Assembly: GCA_947246685.1 (NCBI GenBank) | Contig: CAMXSN010000001.1 | Coordinates: forward strand, 139,361-203,360 | Direction: 5' to 3' | Source: an uncultured Clostridia bacterium | GTDB taxonomy: Bacteria > Bacillota > Clostridia > Christensenellales > UBA3700 | Length of the DNA: 64,000 nt | Shown: in pieces, positions 34,250-44,075 of the stretch | Layout: each line of letters begins with the position of its first letter | Numbering within the stretch: the stretch's first letter is position 1 | The notes under the pieces: generated by a model | What the model saw: only the letters and a program-made list of their open reading frames with translations | Database searches by the model: none | What the model was told of the DNA's origin: nothing | Position numbers and translations under genes: made by a program

Positions 34250-36538
34250 ATGAATAAAGAAGATATGCAGATGCTGTCGCGGCAACTGTCGATAGATAAA
34301 AAATTAATCGAAATACTCGTCTCGCGCGGCTATGATACGCAGGATAAGATTTACGATTTTCTCTATCCGTCATTGGATAAGCTGACTGACATTCATTGCT
34401 ACAACGGTTTTGACGCAGTTATAGCAAGAATAAAGAGAGCCGTTGACGAAGGAGAAAGCATATTGCTGTACGGCGATTACGATTGCGACGGAGTGTGCGG
34501 AGTCTCTATTCTTTACAATTATTTCAAATCTATCGGCGTTCATGCCGACTGCTTTCTTCCCAATCGGCACAGCGACGGATACGGCATTTCCGTAGATGCT
34601 TTGGAAAGGCTTGCCGAAAATTATTACAGCGATCTGCTAATAAGCGTAGATTGCGGTATTACTTCCGTCGAAGAAGTGCAATACGCTCGCGAGACTTTGG
34701 GATTTGACGTGATCGTCACCGATCATCACGAGGCGGGCGATACGCTTCCGGATTGCCTTATTTTCAATCCCAAACTATCCGGAGAAAATTGTTTCAGAGA
34801 TTTGTGCGGCGCAGGCGTTGCGCTGAGAATCGTAGAAGGTCTGGGCGGTAGAGAGGAGATGGAGAAATATCTCGATATTGCTTGTATCGCTACGGTTGCC
34901 GACGTCGTTCCGCTTGTAGGAGACAATAGAATAATCGCTCATGCAGGATTGAAAAAGATCAATTCGCTTCAAGCGCGTCGGGGGATTAAGATGTTGGTCA
35001 AGAGTTGTGCGGACGGAGAGATAACGTCCTTTGATATCGGATTCAAGATTGCTCCGCGCATTAATTCTTTGGGACGAATGGGCGATGCCAACGGCGTGTT
35101 GGATTTGTTCTGCACGGACGATAACTTTTTGCTGGAAAATATCGTCAAGGAACTCAATGAATCAAATACTAAACGAGTTCAATTGACTAACGATTTGACG
35201 GAAGCGTGTTTTGAACAACTCAAAGACTATGATTTTGAAAATAATGCGGCGATAATTCTATCCAACGCATACTGGGACGACGGTGTGATAGGTATCGTCG
35301 CGTCGAGAATTGCAGACGCATTCAACAGACCTACGATTTTGATGACAAGATGCGGAGACGTCTATAAAGGTAGCGGAAGAAGCGTAAAAGGGTTAAATAT
35401 ACATAAATACGTGACGGAATGCGCAGGCTTGCTGACGAAGTTCGGCGGGCATACGATGGCGTGCGGACTGTCGATAAAAGAACAGGATATAGAAAAATTC
35501 AAAGAAAAATTCAACAGCTTGATCAAGTCAGATTTTGACATGAAATTTTTCGTTCCGTCCAAATCATATGATTTAGACGCCTGCGAAGTTGAGAATTTTT
35601 ATGAAATGGGCAGAGGACTCAAACTTTTGGAGCCGTGCGGCGAAGGAAATCCCAGGATAAGATTCAAAGAACGTATCTACGCCAAAGAGTTCAAACAGAT
35701 CACTACGACTTCTCACGTTGTCTGCAAGGATGAGGATAGAGAACTTTTGATGTTCAACGGGCTCAAATATAGAGAATTTCTGGCGGAAAATACTCCCAAA
35801 GACTGCTATTATTCGCTGACTTTACTTTCTTTCAGGGATAAAAATTACGCTCAAGGAAAAATTAATTATTTTTCAGCCGACAGCGTTGACGGGCAAGGAG
35901 ATTATTCGTCATTTATTATGACGGGGTTATTCTCAGGCGAAGAGCAACTGACTTCGATTAGCGCGGAAGATGCGCTGTTATTGGGAGAGGGAAAATACAC
36001 GACGTGCTACGTGGCGTACGATATCGACACGTACAAAGATTTCTTGCGCAGATATAACGATAAATACGGGTATATTTTGACTGATAACAGAGTATCGTCG
36101 CATACGGTTCCGCTGACGAAGATATTTTTCTGTCCCATATCTTTGAAAGAATTGGGATATTACAAAAATATCGTTTTGCTGGATAAACCTTTGCAAAACA
36201 AAATTTTTAGTCGAGTTGCGGGGAAAAATGCAAAACTCTATTGTGTGGGCAACGACGGAATAATAAAGAAAATCCGAGCGTATCTTCCCGATTATCAGAC
36301 ATTGTCAAAGATTTTTTTGGCGATAAAATTTGCGCTTAATGAACGGGATTTTTCCAATATATCCGATTTGTATTATGCTATTGCAAAAAGAGAGAAAATA
36401 GGATATAATGAATTTGTATTGGCGGCGGTTGTGCTTGCCGATTTGGGAATATTGAAGATAGCGTCGAAATTTTATATCGACCCGTCTGTGAAAACCAAAC
36501 TCGCGGAAAGTAAAATTTATAGACTGATTGAGGGCTGA
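34250..36538 (+). CDS. recJ: single-stranded-DNA-specific exonuclease RecJ
   Basis: DHH motifs LLYGDYDCDGV, ISVDCG, VTDHH, and DHHA1 region GGHTMACG. ATG 34250 follows SD GAGG. Confidence 0.9.
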   Translation: MNKEDMQMLSRQLSIDKKLIEILVSRGYDTQDKIYDFLYPSLDKLTDIHCYNGFDAVIARIKRAVDEGESILLYGDYDCDGVCGVSILYNYFKSIGVHADCFLPNRHSDGYGISVDALERLAENYYSDLLISVDCGITSVEEVQYARETLGFDVIVTDHHEAGDTLPDCLIFNPKLSGENCFRDLCGAGVALRIVEGLGGREEMEKYLDIACIATVADVVPLVGDNRIIAHAGLKKINSLQARRGIKMLVKSCADGEITSFDIGFKIAPRINSLGRMGDANGVLDLFCTDDNFLLENIVKELNESNTKRVQLTNDLTEACFEQLKDYDFENNAAIILSNAYWDDGVIGIVASRIADAFNRPTILMTRCGDVYKGSGRSVKGLNIHKYVTECAGLLTKFGGHTMACGLSIKEQDIEKFKEKFNSLIKSDFDMKFFVPSKSYDLDACEVENFYEMGRGLKLLEPCGEGNPRIRFKERIYAKEFKQITTTSHVVCKDEDRELLMFNGLKYREFLAENTPKDCYYSLTLLSFRDKNYAQGKINYFSADSVDGQGDYSSFIMTGLFSGEEQLTSISAEDALLLGEGKYTTCYVAYDIDTYKDFLRRYNDKYGYILTDNRVSSHTVPLTKIFFCPISLKELGYYKNIVLLDKPLQNKIFSRVAGKNAKLYCVGNDGIIKKIRAYLPDYQTLSKIFLAIKFALNERDFSNISDLYYAIAKREKIGYNEFVLAAVVLADLGILKIASKFYIDPSVKTKLAESKIYRLIEG

Positions 36539-36539
36539 C

Positions 36540-38720
36540 GTGGAAGAAGATAAGATCAAATTTATAAATAAAGTTCAGGAAAATTACAGCGAAACACATT
36601 CGGAAAAGATCATCAAAGCATATTATTTTGCAAAAACGGCTCATTCGGGACAGAAACGGCAATCAGGCGAAGAATATTTTGTGCATCCGAATGCGGTCGC
36701 TGATATACTTATTGATTTGGGTCTTGACTGCGACACCGTCGTTGCGGCGCTTTTGCACGACGTAATCGAGGACACCGACGTCAACGCAGAGGAGATCAGC
36801 CAGACCTTCGGTCCCGTGGTGCTGTCGCTTGTGCAAGGAGTTACAAAACTCGGCAAGCTGAATTTCAAATCTAAATTGGAAGAGCAGGCGGAAAATCTGA
36901 GAAGGATGTTTATGGCGATGAGCAACGACATCCGCGTCATAATAATCAAACTTGCCGATCGTCTGCACAATATGCGCACGCTGTCGTTTAAGGACGAGGA
37001 GGGACAGAAAAGAGTCGCGCGCGAAACTTTGGATATATACGCTCCGATAGCGGCGAGACTGGGTATTTCAAGCGTCAAAGGCGAACTTGAAGACTTATGT
37101 CTGAGATACTTGTATCCCGACAGTTACTATTATATTGCCGAAAAAGTTGCGCAAACAAAGATAGAAAGGCAGGAATCCGTCAGACATATATCGGACGAAC
37201 TTCACGAAATGCTCGACGAGCTTGGAATAAGCGGAGAAGTCAACGGAAGACCCAAACATTTTTACAGCATTTACAGAAAGTTGAATAAAGGCAAGCCATT
37301 TGAACAGATATACGATTTAATAGCATTGCGCGTCATAGTCAACAACGTCAAAGACTGTTATGCTGTGCTTGGCGCGATCCATACCAAATGGAAGCCGTTG
37401 CCGGGTCGCTTCAAAGATTATATCTCTGTGCCGAAGGCCAATTTGTATCAATCTTTGCATACGACTGTTTTGACGTCTTACGGCGCGCCGTTTGAGATTC
37501 AGATAAGAACTTACGAGATGCACAAGATAGCCGAATACGGTATCGCAGCGCATTGGAAATATAAGCAAGGCAGCAACGTCGACACGTCAAAAATCGACGA
37601 CGATAAACTTGCGTGGATACGCAACGTCATGCAGTTGCAGGAAGAAGCCAGCGATTCGCAGGAATACCTCGATATGCTTAAAGTCGATTTGTATTCCGAT
37701 CAAGTATTCGTATTTACGCCAAAAGGCGACGTATTTAACCTTCCCAACGGCTCGACAGGCGTAGATTTTGCATATGCGATTCACAGCAAAGTAGGCGAAA
37801 AGTGCACGGGTATCAAAGTCAATTCGCGTATCGTGCCTGTCAGCACGAAGCTTAACAACGGCGACGTAGTGGAAGTAATAACGTCTAATGCGTCCAAAGG
37901 ACCGTCGCGCGACTGGCTGAAATTCGTAATAACGCCGGGAGCGAAGAGTAAGATTCGTTCTTTCTTTAAGAAAGAAATGCGCGAGGAAAACGAGAAAAGA
38001 GGACGGGAAATTCTCGATAAAGAGGCTAAACACAGAGGTTATTCGCTCAACGACTTGATTTCCTGCGAGAGCTGGGGTAAGTTTATTCGCCAAAAATACG
38101 GAGTAAATTCGTCGGAAGAAGTGTTGGCTATGGTCGGTTACGGCGAATTGACTTCTTTGCAAGTTATCAACAAACTTACGGAACTGTATAAGGCGGAGCA
38201 TGCGCACGAGGATCATACCGTTGAACAGCTCACCAAGAAACCTTCGGTAAGAAAACAGAACAGCGGCGTTATAATTAAAGGCGAACACGGCTTGAAATAC
38301 AGATTTTCTCAGTGCTGTTCGCCGTTGCCGGGAGATTCTATATTGGGCTATATATCCAGAAACGGCGGCGTTGTTATTCATAGAGTCGACTGTCCCAACT
38401 GTAAGAGTTTTGAGCAGGAGAGGATTATCGAGGCGGAGTGGCCGATATCGGAAGACGAGAAATTTATCGCCCATCTGGTAATTTCTGCTTTTGACCGAAC
38501 GGGACTTGTGATAGAGGTTGCGACGTTGATCACCAATATGAAAGTCGCAATGACGAGCATATCGGCAAAATCCGAGAAGAATAATCTAGCTACGGTCAAA
38601 GTTTCCGTAGAGGTCACCAATACCAATATGTTGGAGATATTGATGAACAAGATTTCGCAGTCAATCAAAGGTATCAGAGAAATTAAGAGAGCGTCCAAGA
38701 GCGTTAAGAGTAGAGAATGA
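36540..38720 (+). CDS. rel: bifunctional (p)ppGpp synthetase/hydrolase (RelA/SpoT homolog)
   Basis: HD hydrolase domain (HPNAVADIL...LLHDVIEDT), synthetase domain (RPKHFYSIYRKL...FEIQIRT), and TGS and ACT regions. The likely GTG start at 36540 lies just after the recJ stop. Confidence 0.92.
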   Translation: MEEDKIKFINKVQENYSETHSEKIIKAYYFAKTAHSGQKRQSGEEYFVHPNAVADILIDLGLDCDTVVAALLHDVIEDTDVNAEEISQTFGPVVLSLVQGVTKLGKLNFKSKLEEQAENLRRMFMAMSNDIRVIIIKLADRLHNMRTLSFKDEEGQKRVARETLDIYAPIAARLGISSVKGELEDLCLRYLYPDSYYYIAEKVAQTKIERQESVRHISDELHEMLDELGISGEVNGRPKHFYSIYRKLNKGKPFEQIYDLIALRVIVNNVKDCYAVLGAIHTKWKPLPGRFKDYISVPKANLYQSLHTTVLTSYGAPFEIQIRTYEMHKIAEYGIAAHWKYKQGSNVDTSKIDDDKLAWIRNVMQLQEEASDSQEYLDMLKVDLYSDQVFVFTPKGDVFNLPNGSTGVDFAYAIHSKVGEKCTGIKVNSRIVPVSTKLNNGDVVEVITSNASKGPSRDWLKFVITPGAKSKIRSFFKKEMREENEKRGREILDKEAKHRGYSLNDLISCESWGKFIRQKYGVNSSEEVLAMVGYGELTSLQVINKLTELYKAEHAHEDHTVEQLTKKPSVRKQNSGVIIKGEHGLKYRFSQCCSPLPGDSILGYISRNGGVVIHRVDCPNCKSFEQERIIEAEWPISEDEKFIAHLVISAFDRTGLVIEVATLITNMKVAMTSISAKSEKNNLATVKVSVEVTNTNMLEILMNKISQSIKGIREIKRASKSVKSRE

Positions 38721-39154
38721 GAGCGATAGTACAGAGAGTCAACCACGCGGTATTGACGGTAGATGATAAAGAAATTTCCAGAATCGGCGAAGGGTATATA
38801 GTGTTTGTCGGTTACAGCGACAAGGACGATTTCGACATATGTAAATATATTGTCGACCGTATTATCGGTATGAGAATTTTCAAGGATGACAACAACAAGC
38901 TCAATAAATCCTTGCTAGACGTGGGCGGCGAAGTCATGGTAGTGTCCAATTTTACGCTTTACGGCAATGCGTTCAGCGGAAGGCGTCCGGATTTTTCTAA
39001 ATCGGCGAAATATGACGTCGCGAAGCCTTTATATGATTTTACGGTAGAGGAATTCGCCCATCGATTGGGTAGGGTGGCTACGGGAGTTTTCGGCGAACAT
39101 ATGCATATAGATATGTCCAATGACGGACCTATAACTATGATATTGGAAAAATAA
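38717..39154 (+). CDS. dtd: D-aminoacyl-tRNA deacylase
   Basis: MRAIVQRV N-terminus, SNFTLYG, C-terminal NDGPIT. ATGA overlap with rel. Confidence 0.9.
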   Translation: MRAIVQRVNHAVLTVDDKEISRIGEGYIVFVGYSDKDDFDICKYIVDRIIGMRIFKDDNNKLNKSLLDVGGEVMVVSNFTLYGNAFSGRRPDFSKSAKYDVAKPLYDFTVEEFAHRLGRVATGVFGEHMHIDMSNDGPITMILEK

Positions 39155-39165
39155 CAGAGGATATT

Positions 39166-39789
39166 ATGCTGATTAAAACATTTGTTTTGGGACTTTTGTC
39201 TAATAACACGTATTTGGCAATCAATGAGGAAAAGAAAAGCTGTTTTTTAGTGGATCCGTCTACTCCTAGTGAAAAAATAGAAAGATTTATATTGGACAAC
39301 GGTTACGATTTGCAAGCGATTCTTCTTACGCACGGTCATTTCGATCATATTGGCGGAGTGAACAGCTTTAAGGAAAAGTTTGGCTGCAAGGTCTATATGC
39401 ACGCGGACGACGTGGAGTTTATCGATAATCCGTTGAAATTCGGCAGGAAATTTGACAAGTTTGCGCCAGACGTATTAGTCGACGGCAACGACGTGATATG
39501 CGTGTGCGATATGTCAATCAAGGTATTGCATACTCCCGGACATTCGCAGGGGAGCGTATGTTATATTCTCGGCGACGTTATCTTCTGCGGAGATACTTTG
39601 TTTAAGCGGAGTTACGGCAGAGTAGATTTACGCGGCGGCGATTATGACAAAATCAAAAGCTCGATACAAACTATTCTTGAATTGGACGGCGACAGAATTC
39701 TTCTCTGCGGGCACGGTGAAAGCAGTACGACGGCATATGAGCGCGCTTTCAATCCTATTGTCGACGAGCTAGGTCAGAGGGGTATATGA
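39166..39789 (+). CDS. MBL-fold metallo-hydrolase
   Basis: Zn motif THGHFDHIGG, then HTPGHS and GH near the C-terminus. Confidence 0.8.
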   Translation: MLIKTFVLGLLSNNTYLAINEEKKSCFLVDPSTPSEKIERFILDNGYDLQAILLTHGHFDHIGGVNSFKEKFGCKVYMHADDVEFIDNPLKFGRKFDKFAPDVLVDGNDVICVCDMSIKVLHTPGHSQGSVCYILGDVIFCGDTLFKRSYGRVDLRGGDYDKIKSSIQTILELDGDRILLCGHGESSTTAYERAFNPIVDELGQRGI

Positions 39790-41219
39790 CGGAAATAAAA
39801 TTTTTTACCGATGCGGAAGATTTTGAAAACGACTATATGGACGTTATTCGCGCATTTAATCCCTATATCAAGTGCACGGAAGAGGGCGAAAAGCTGAGTT
39901 TGAACTTTTGCGAGAAGTTCCGAGATAACTTTCAATCTCAGATTAATTATCGCGGAAAACTATATTGTTATGATTTTTCACTTGAAAAACAGTTTATGGA
40001 CGATATAGGATCGGAACAATATGACGTAAAGTATAGAGCTCAGCTCAAAAGGCATACCAAGACGGCGCTTTACGAATTTCTCTCAAATCTTAGCGGTCAA
40101 CGTCTTCCGTACGGTTCGCTGACTGGTATCCGTCCGACTAAACTCTATAGAGAAGTAAAAGAAAAAGGCATCGACGCCGACGCTTATTTTGCAGAAAAAC
40201 TCAAAGTTAGCGGGGAAAAACTGTCTCTTATAAGAGAAATCGCAAAGATGCAGCAGGATTATTGCGTCGTTGGAGAAGACGAAGTAGACGTGTTTGTCAA
40301 CATTCCTATATGCACGTCGAGATGCAGTTACTGTTCTTTTATATCCGCACAATTGGATAAAGTGAAAAGGTTGGTCGATCCATACTGCGCGTTAGTGCTC
40401 AAAGAACTGGAAGAAACGAGAAAAATTATAGACAAAAGAGCACTTAAAGTAAGGTCGGTATATATCGGCGGAGGTACTCCTACATCGCTTGACGACAATA
40501 ATTTTCAAAGAATTCTCAATGCGGCGAAGTTTGATTGTTCAGAATATACGGTAGAGGCGGGAAGACCTGATACGATCACCGAAAGCAAATTGAAAATTAT
40601 GCATGAAATGGGAGTGAATAGGATATCGATAAATCCGCAGACGTTCAATCCAAAGACGCTGGAACTCATTGGCAGAAATCATTCCGTCAAGCAGATTTAC
40701 GACGTTTACGAAGCCGCTCGCAGATATCCTTTCGCCATCAATATGGATCTTATAGCGATGTTGCCGGGCGAAAGTTTTGAAGATTTTAAGCATTCGGTCG
40801 ATTGCGCCGTGGCGGTTGCGCCCGACAACGTGACGGTGCATTCTCTTGCGCTCAAAAAAGGCTCTGCGCTTAAGGTAGGCGGGTACGAAGACAATTCGTG
40901 GGAAAAAGCCAACGCAATGATAGATTATTCGCGCCGACAGCTGTCGGAGAGCGGATATGCGCCTTATTATATGTACAAGCAGAAATATATGTCGGGAAAT
41001 TTAGAAAACACCGGATATTGCCGCGACGGCAAAGTATGCGTATATAACGTCGATATAATGGAAGAGACTGCAAGTATCATAGCCAACGGCGCGGGAGCTA
41101 TTTCCAAAAGGCTGTATTCAAAAGACAGATTGGAGAGGCTTGCCAATCCAAAGGGGCTTGACGTTTATTTGCAAAGGGAAGAAAAAATAATCCGCGATAA
41201 AAGGGAATTTTTTCAATAA
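39786..41219 (+). CDS. radical SAM coproporphyrinogen-III-oxidase-like protein (HemZ/HemN family)
   Basis: Radical SAM cluster CTSRCSYCSF and GGGTPT motif. An N-terminal ~150 aa extension is typical of HemZ-type proteins. Confidence 0.65.
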   Translation: MTEIKFFTDAEDFENDYMDVIRAFNPYIKCTEEGEKLSLNFCEKFRDNFQSQINYRGKLYCYDFSLEKQFMDDIGSEQYDVKYRAQLKRHTKTALYEFLSNLSGQRLPYGSLTGIRPTKLYREVKEKGIDADAYFAEKLKVSGEKLSLIREIAKMQQDYCVVGEDEVDVFVNIPICTSRCSYCSFISAQLDKVKRLVDPYCALVLKELEETRKIIDKRALKVRSVYIGGGTPTSLDDNNFQRILNAAKFDCSEYTVEAGRPDTITESKLKIMHEMGVNRISINPQTFNPKTLELIGRNHSVKQIYDVYEAARRYPFAINMDLIAMLPGESFEDFKHSVDCAVAVAPDNVTVHSLALKKGSALKVGGYEDNSWEKANAMIDYSRRQLSESGYAPYYMYKQKYMSGNLENTGYCRDGKVCVYNVDIMEETASIIANGAGAISKRLYSKDRLERLANPKGLDVYLQREEKIIRDKREFFQ

Positions 41220-41483
41220 AGTTGTCATTTGGCAATCTCGATCGAATGCAAAACAATGTTTTCCCGAAATATGTTGATATATACATAATATTGCAGTTTG
41301 TTAAAATTATTAAATAATAATGGAAAAAACACTTGCGAAAGAGTCTGAATTATGATAAGATTATTGCATAACAGTTTTGAGTAATCAAAGCCGTCAACGT
41401 AATAACGTGGCTAGGTTTGGCAACGACTCCGATGCTTTTCTTGGCTACCGCTAAATTAATTTTCCACAGAAGGAGGCTAAAAA

Positions 41484-41762
41484 ATGGAAATTGTAAACGT
41501 AAAGGTTATGTCAAAGCAAGAAGTTATCAACGCTTTTTCTAAGCGCGAAGGAGATACAGGTTCTCCCGAAGTTCAGATAGCTTTGCTCACTCAGAGAATT
41601 CTTCAACTCAACGATCACTTTGCAGAGCACAAGAATGACTTCCATTCCAGAAGAGGTCTGTTGCAGATGGTCGGTAAGAGAAGAAGTATGTTGAAGTATC
41701 TCAAAGATACGGATATTGAGCGTTACCGTGAATTGATTGCAAGACTCGGCATCAGAAAGTAA
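41484..41762 (+). CDS. rpsO: 30S ribosomal protein S15
   Basis: [16 protein letters not shown]...[20 protein letters not shown] lies 7 nt upstream of the ATG. Confidence 0.93.
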   Translation: MEIVNVKVMSKQEVINAFSKREGDTGSPEVQIALLTQRILQLNDHFAEHKNDFHSRRGLLQMVGKRRSMLKYLKDTDIERYRELIARLGIRK

Positions 41763-41768
41763 AAATTC

Positions 41769-41799
41769 GGGGCTGTCTTTTAGACACCCCTATTTTTTA
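41769..41799 (+). terminator. intrinsic terminator/attenuator between rpsO and pnp
   Basis: GGGG(C)TGTC-tttta-GACACCCC, then TATTTTTT. Confidence 0.65.
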
Positions 41800-41853
41800 T
41801 GTGCGCTCAGACAGGATTATTGATTAAATTACTAATTATTGGAGGTTAGTTTG

Positions 41854-43938
41854 ATGATAGAAAGAAATATTTTTAAGACCGTGATCGGCGGAAGAGAAGT
41901 TAATATCGAAACCGGCGCTTATTGCGGACTCAGCAACGGCAGTTGTATCGTAAGATGCGGCGAGACCGCTGTTATGGTAAACGTTACCATGGCAAAAACT
42001 CCCAGAGACGGCATAGACTTTTTCCCTCTCGGAGTAGATTATGAAGAAAAGATGTATTCCGTAGGCAAGATTCCGGGGGGATTCAAAAAACGCGAAGGAC
42101 GCGCAAGCGATAAGGCTATTCTCACTTCGAGACTTATCGACAGACCGCTTCGTCCGCTTTTCCCGAAGGGATTTTTCAACGACGTTGCGGTAGTCGCTAC
42201 CGCGCTGTCGGTTGATCCGGATATTCCGCCGGAAGTATACGCTATGATAGGCAGCTCCGTTGCGCTTAGCATCTCCGACATTCCTTTTGCAGGTCCGACA
42301 GGTTCGGTAATAGTAGGTTACGTTGACGGCGAGTACGTTATCAACCCCAACACCGAGCAGAGAGAGAAGTCCAAGCTTCATTTGTCTTTGAGCGGAACCA
42401 AAGAGGCTATTCTTATGGTTGAAGCAGGCGCAAACGAGCTCACAGAAGACGAGATGATTGGCGCGATTTTGTTTGGACATGAAGAAATCAAAAAGATTGT
42501 CGCTTTTATCGACGACATTCAGGCTAAGATCGGCAAAGAAAAGATCGTTCCCAATCTCTATCATCCGCAAGCGGATATCGAAGAGGCTGTCAAGGCTTAT
42601 GCGGATAAGAAAATGGACGCAGTCCTCGACAACTTCAACAGACAGGACAGAGATAAGGCGGAAGACGCTCTTGACGAAGATGTTTTCGCTCATTTTGCAG
42701 AACAGTTCCCGGATGGGAAGAAAGACATCGCAGAGACTTTGTACGCTATGAAGAAAGCGAAAGTCAGAGCTAAGATACTAGAAAAGGGCATAAGACCTGA
42801 CGGTAGAAGTCTTGAAGAAATCAGACCTATTTGGTGCGAACACGGCATTTTGCCGAGAGTACACGGCAGCGGCGTATTCACCAGAGGTCAAACTCAGGTC
42901 ATGACGATATGTACGCTCGGTTCGCTCTCCGAAGTTCAAAAGCTCGAAGGTCTCGACGACGAAGTATGCAAGAGATATATTCATCACTACAATATGCCGC
43001 CGTACAGCACGGGCGAGGCGAGACAGCTCAAGAGCCCCGGCAGAAGAGAAATCGGACACGGCGCTTTGGCAGAAAGAGCGTTGGAACCAATGTTGCCTTC
43101 GGTTGAATCTTTCCCGTACGCTATCCGCACGGTAAGCGAAGTCATATCCTCCAACGGCTCGACGTCGCAGGCATCGGTTTGCGGTTCTACGTTGGCTCTT
43201 ATGGACGCAGGCGTTCCGATTAAAAAACCTGTTGCAGGCGTGGCTATGGGACTTATCAGCAACGAAGATAAATCCAAGATTTCCGTATTGACTGATATTC
43301 AGGGACTCGAAGATTTCTTCGGAGATATGGATTTCAAAGTTGCAGGTACCGTTGACGGTATAACGGCTATTCAAATGGATATCAAGATTAAGGGTATCAA
43401 CGAAGAGATTTTGAGAAAGGCTTTGGCTCAGGCGAAAAAAGGCAGACTCTTCATTCTCGATAAGATGCTCGAAGTATTGCCGGCTCCCAAGACGTCGCTT
43501 TCCAAATATGCTCCCAAGATCGTATCTTTCAGCATAGATCCCAATAAGATCAAGGACGTTATCGGCAGCGGCGGCAAGGTAATCAATAAGATTATCGACG
43601 AGACTGGAGTAAAGATCGATATCGACGATTACGGCAACGTTCTTGTTTCTGGTATTGACGACGCTATGAATGCAAAAGCTAAGAAAATAATCGATTTGAT
43701 TGCAAACGATCCCGAAGTCGGAGAAGAGTTTGAAGGCACGGTAGTTAGAATAATGAGTTTTGGCGCGTTTGTTGAGATCGCTCCCGGCAAAGACGCTATG
43801 ATTCATATTTCAAAGCTCAAAAAAGAGAGAGTAGAGAAAGTTGAAGACGTCGTAAATATCGGAGATAAAGTAAAAGTAAAAGTTACGGAAATCACTGAGA
43901 AGGGCGTTGCGCTGAGACTTTTGGAAGTGCTCAAATAA
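41854..43938 (+). CDS. pnp: polyribonucleotide nucleotidyltransferase (PNPase)
   Basis: Two RNase PH domains, a KH domain (VIGSGGKVINKI), and an S1 domain (GTVVRIMSFGAFVEI). ATG 41854 follows GGAGG. Confidence 0.95.
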   Translation: MIERNIFKTVIGGREVNIETGAYCGLSNGSCIVRCGETAVMVNVTMAKTPRDGIDFFPLGVDYEEKMYSVGKIPGGFKKREGRASDKAILTSRLIDRPLRPLFPKGFFNDVAVVATALSVDPDIPPEVYAMIGSSVALSISDIPFAGPTGSVIVGYVDGEYVINPNTEQREKSKLHLSLSGTKEAILMVEAGANELTEDEMIGAILFGHEEIKKIVAFIDDIQAKIGKEKIVPNLYHPQADIEEAVKAYADKKMDAVLDNFNRQDRDKAEDALDEDVFAHFAEQFPDGKKDIAETLYAMKKAKVRAKILEKGIRPDGRSLEEIRPIWCEHGILPRVHGSGVFTRGQTQVMTICTLGSLSEVQKLEGLDDEVCKRYIHHYNMPPYSTGEARQLKSPGRREIGHGALAERALEPMLPSVESFPYAIRTVSEVISSNGSTSQASVCGSTLALMDAGVPIKKPVAGVAMGLISNEDKSKISVLTDIQGLEDFFGDMDFKVAGTVDGITAIQMDIKIKGINEEILRKALAQAKKGRLFILDKMLEVLPAPKTSLSKYAPKIVSFSIDPNKIKDVIGSGGKVINKIIDETGVKIDIDDYGNVLVSGIDDAMNAKAKKIIDLIANDPEVGEEFEGTVVRIMSFGAFVEIAPGKDAMIHISKLKKERVEKVEDVVNIGDKVKVKVTEITEKGVALRLLEVLK

Positions 43939-43962
43939 GCAAAAAATTACAGACTTTAAGAG

Positions 43963-43989
43963 GAAGCAGGCGGACAGCCTGCTTCTTTT
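43963..43989 (+). terminator. intrinsic terminator after pnp
   Basis: GAAGCAGGC-ggaca-GCCTGCTTC, then TTTT. Confidence 0.75.
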
Positions 43990-44019
43990 GTATACGATTG
44001 AAAAGATATACATTCTAGC

Positions 44020-44048
44020 TTGACAAGCAAAAATGTCGGGAATATAAT
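44020..44048 (+). promoter_or_regulatory. consensus sigma-A promoter of the LRR gene
   Basis: TTGACA (44020-44025), 17-nt spacer, TATAAT (44043-44048), directly after the pnp terminator. Confidence 0.55.
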
Positions 44049-44075
44049 GTTTATAGAAATTTTCAGGAGTAAAAT

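Noticed and set aside
37587-38474. 295-aa minus-strand ORF opposite rel.
   Set aside because: It is a codon-complementary shadow ORF with no independent support.
41836-43806. Two long minus-strand ORFs (285 and 342 aa) opposite pnp.
   Set aside because: Both are in the same codon-complementary frame as the other shadow ORFs. PNPase on the plus strand is unambiguous. There are no motifs or ribosome-binding sites.
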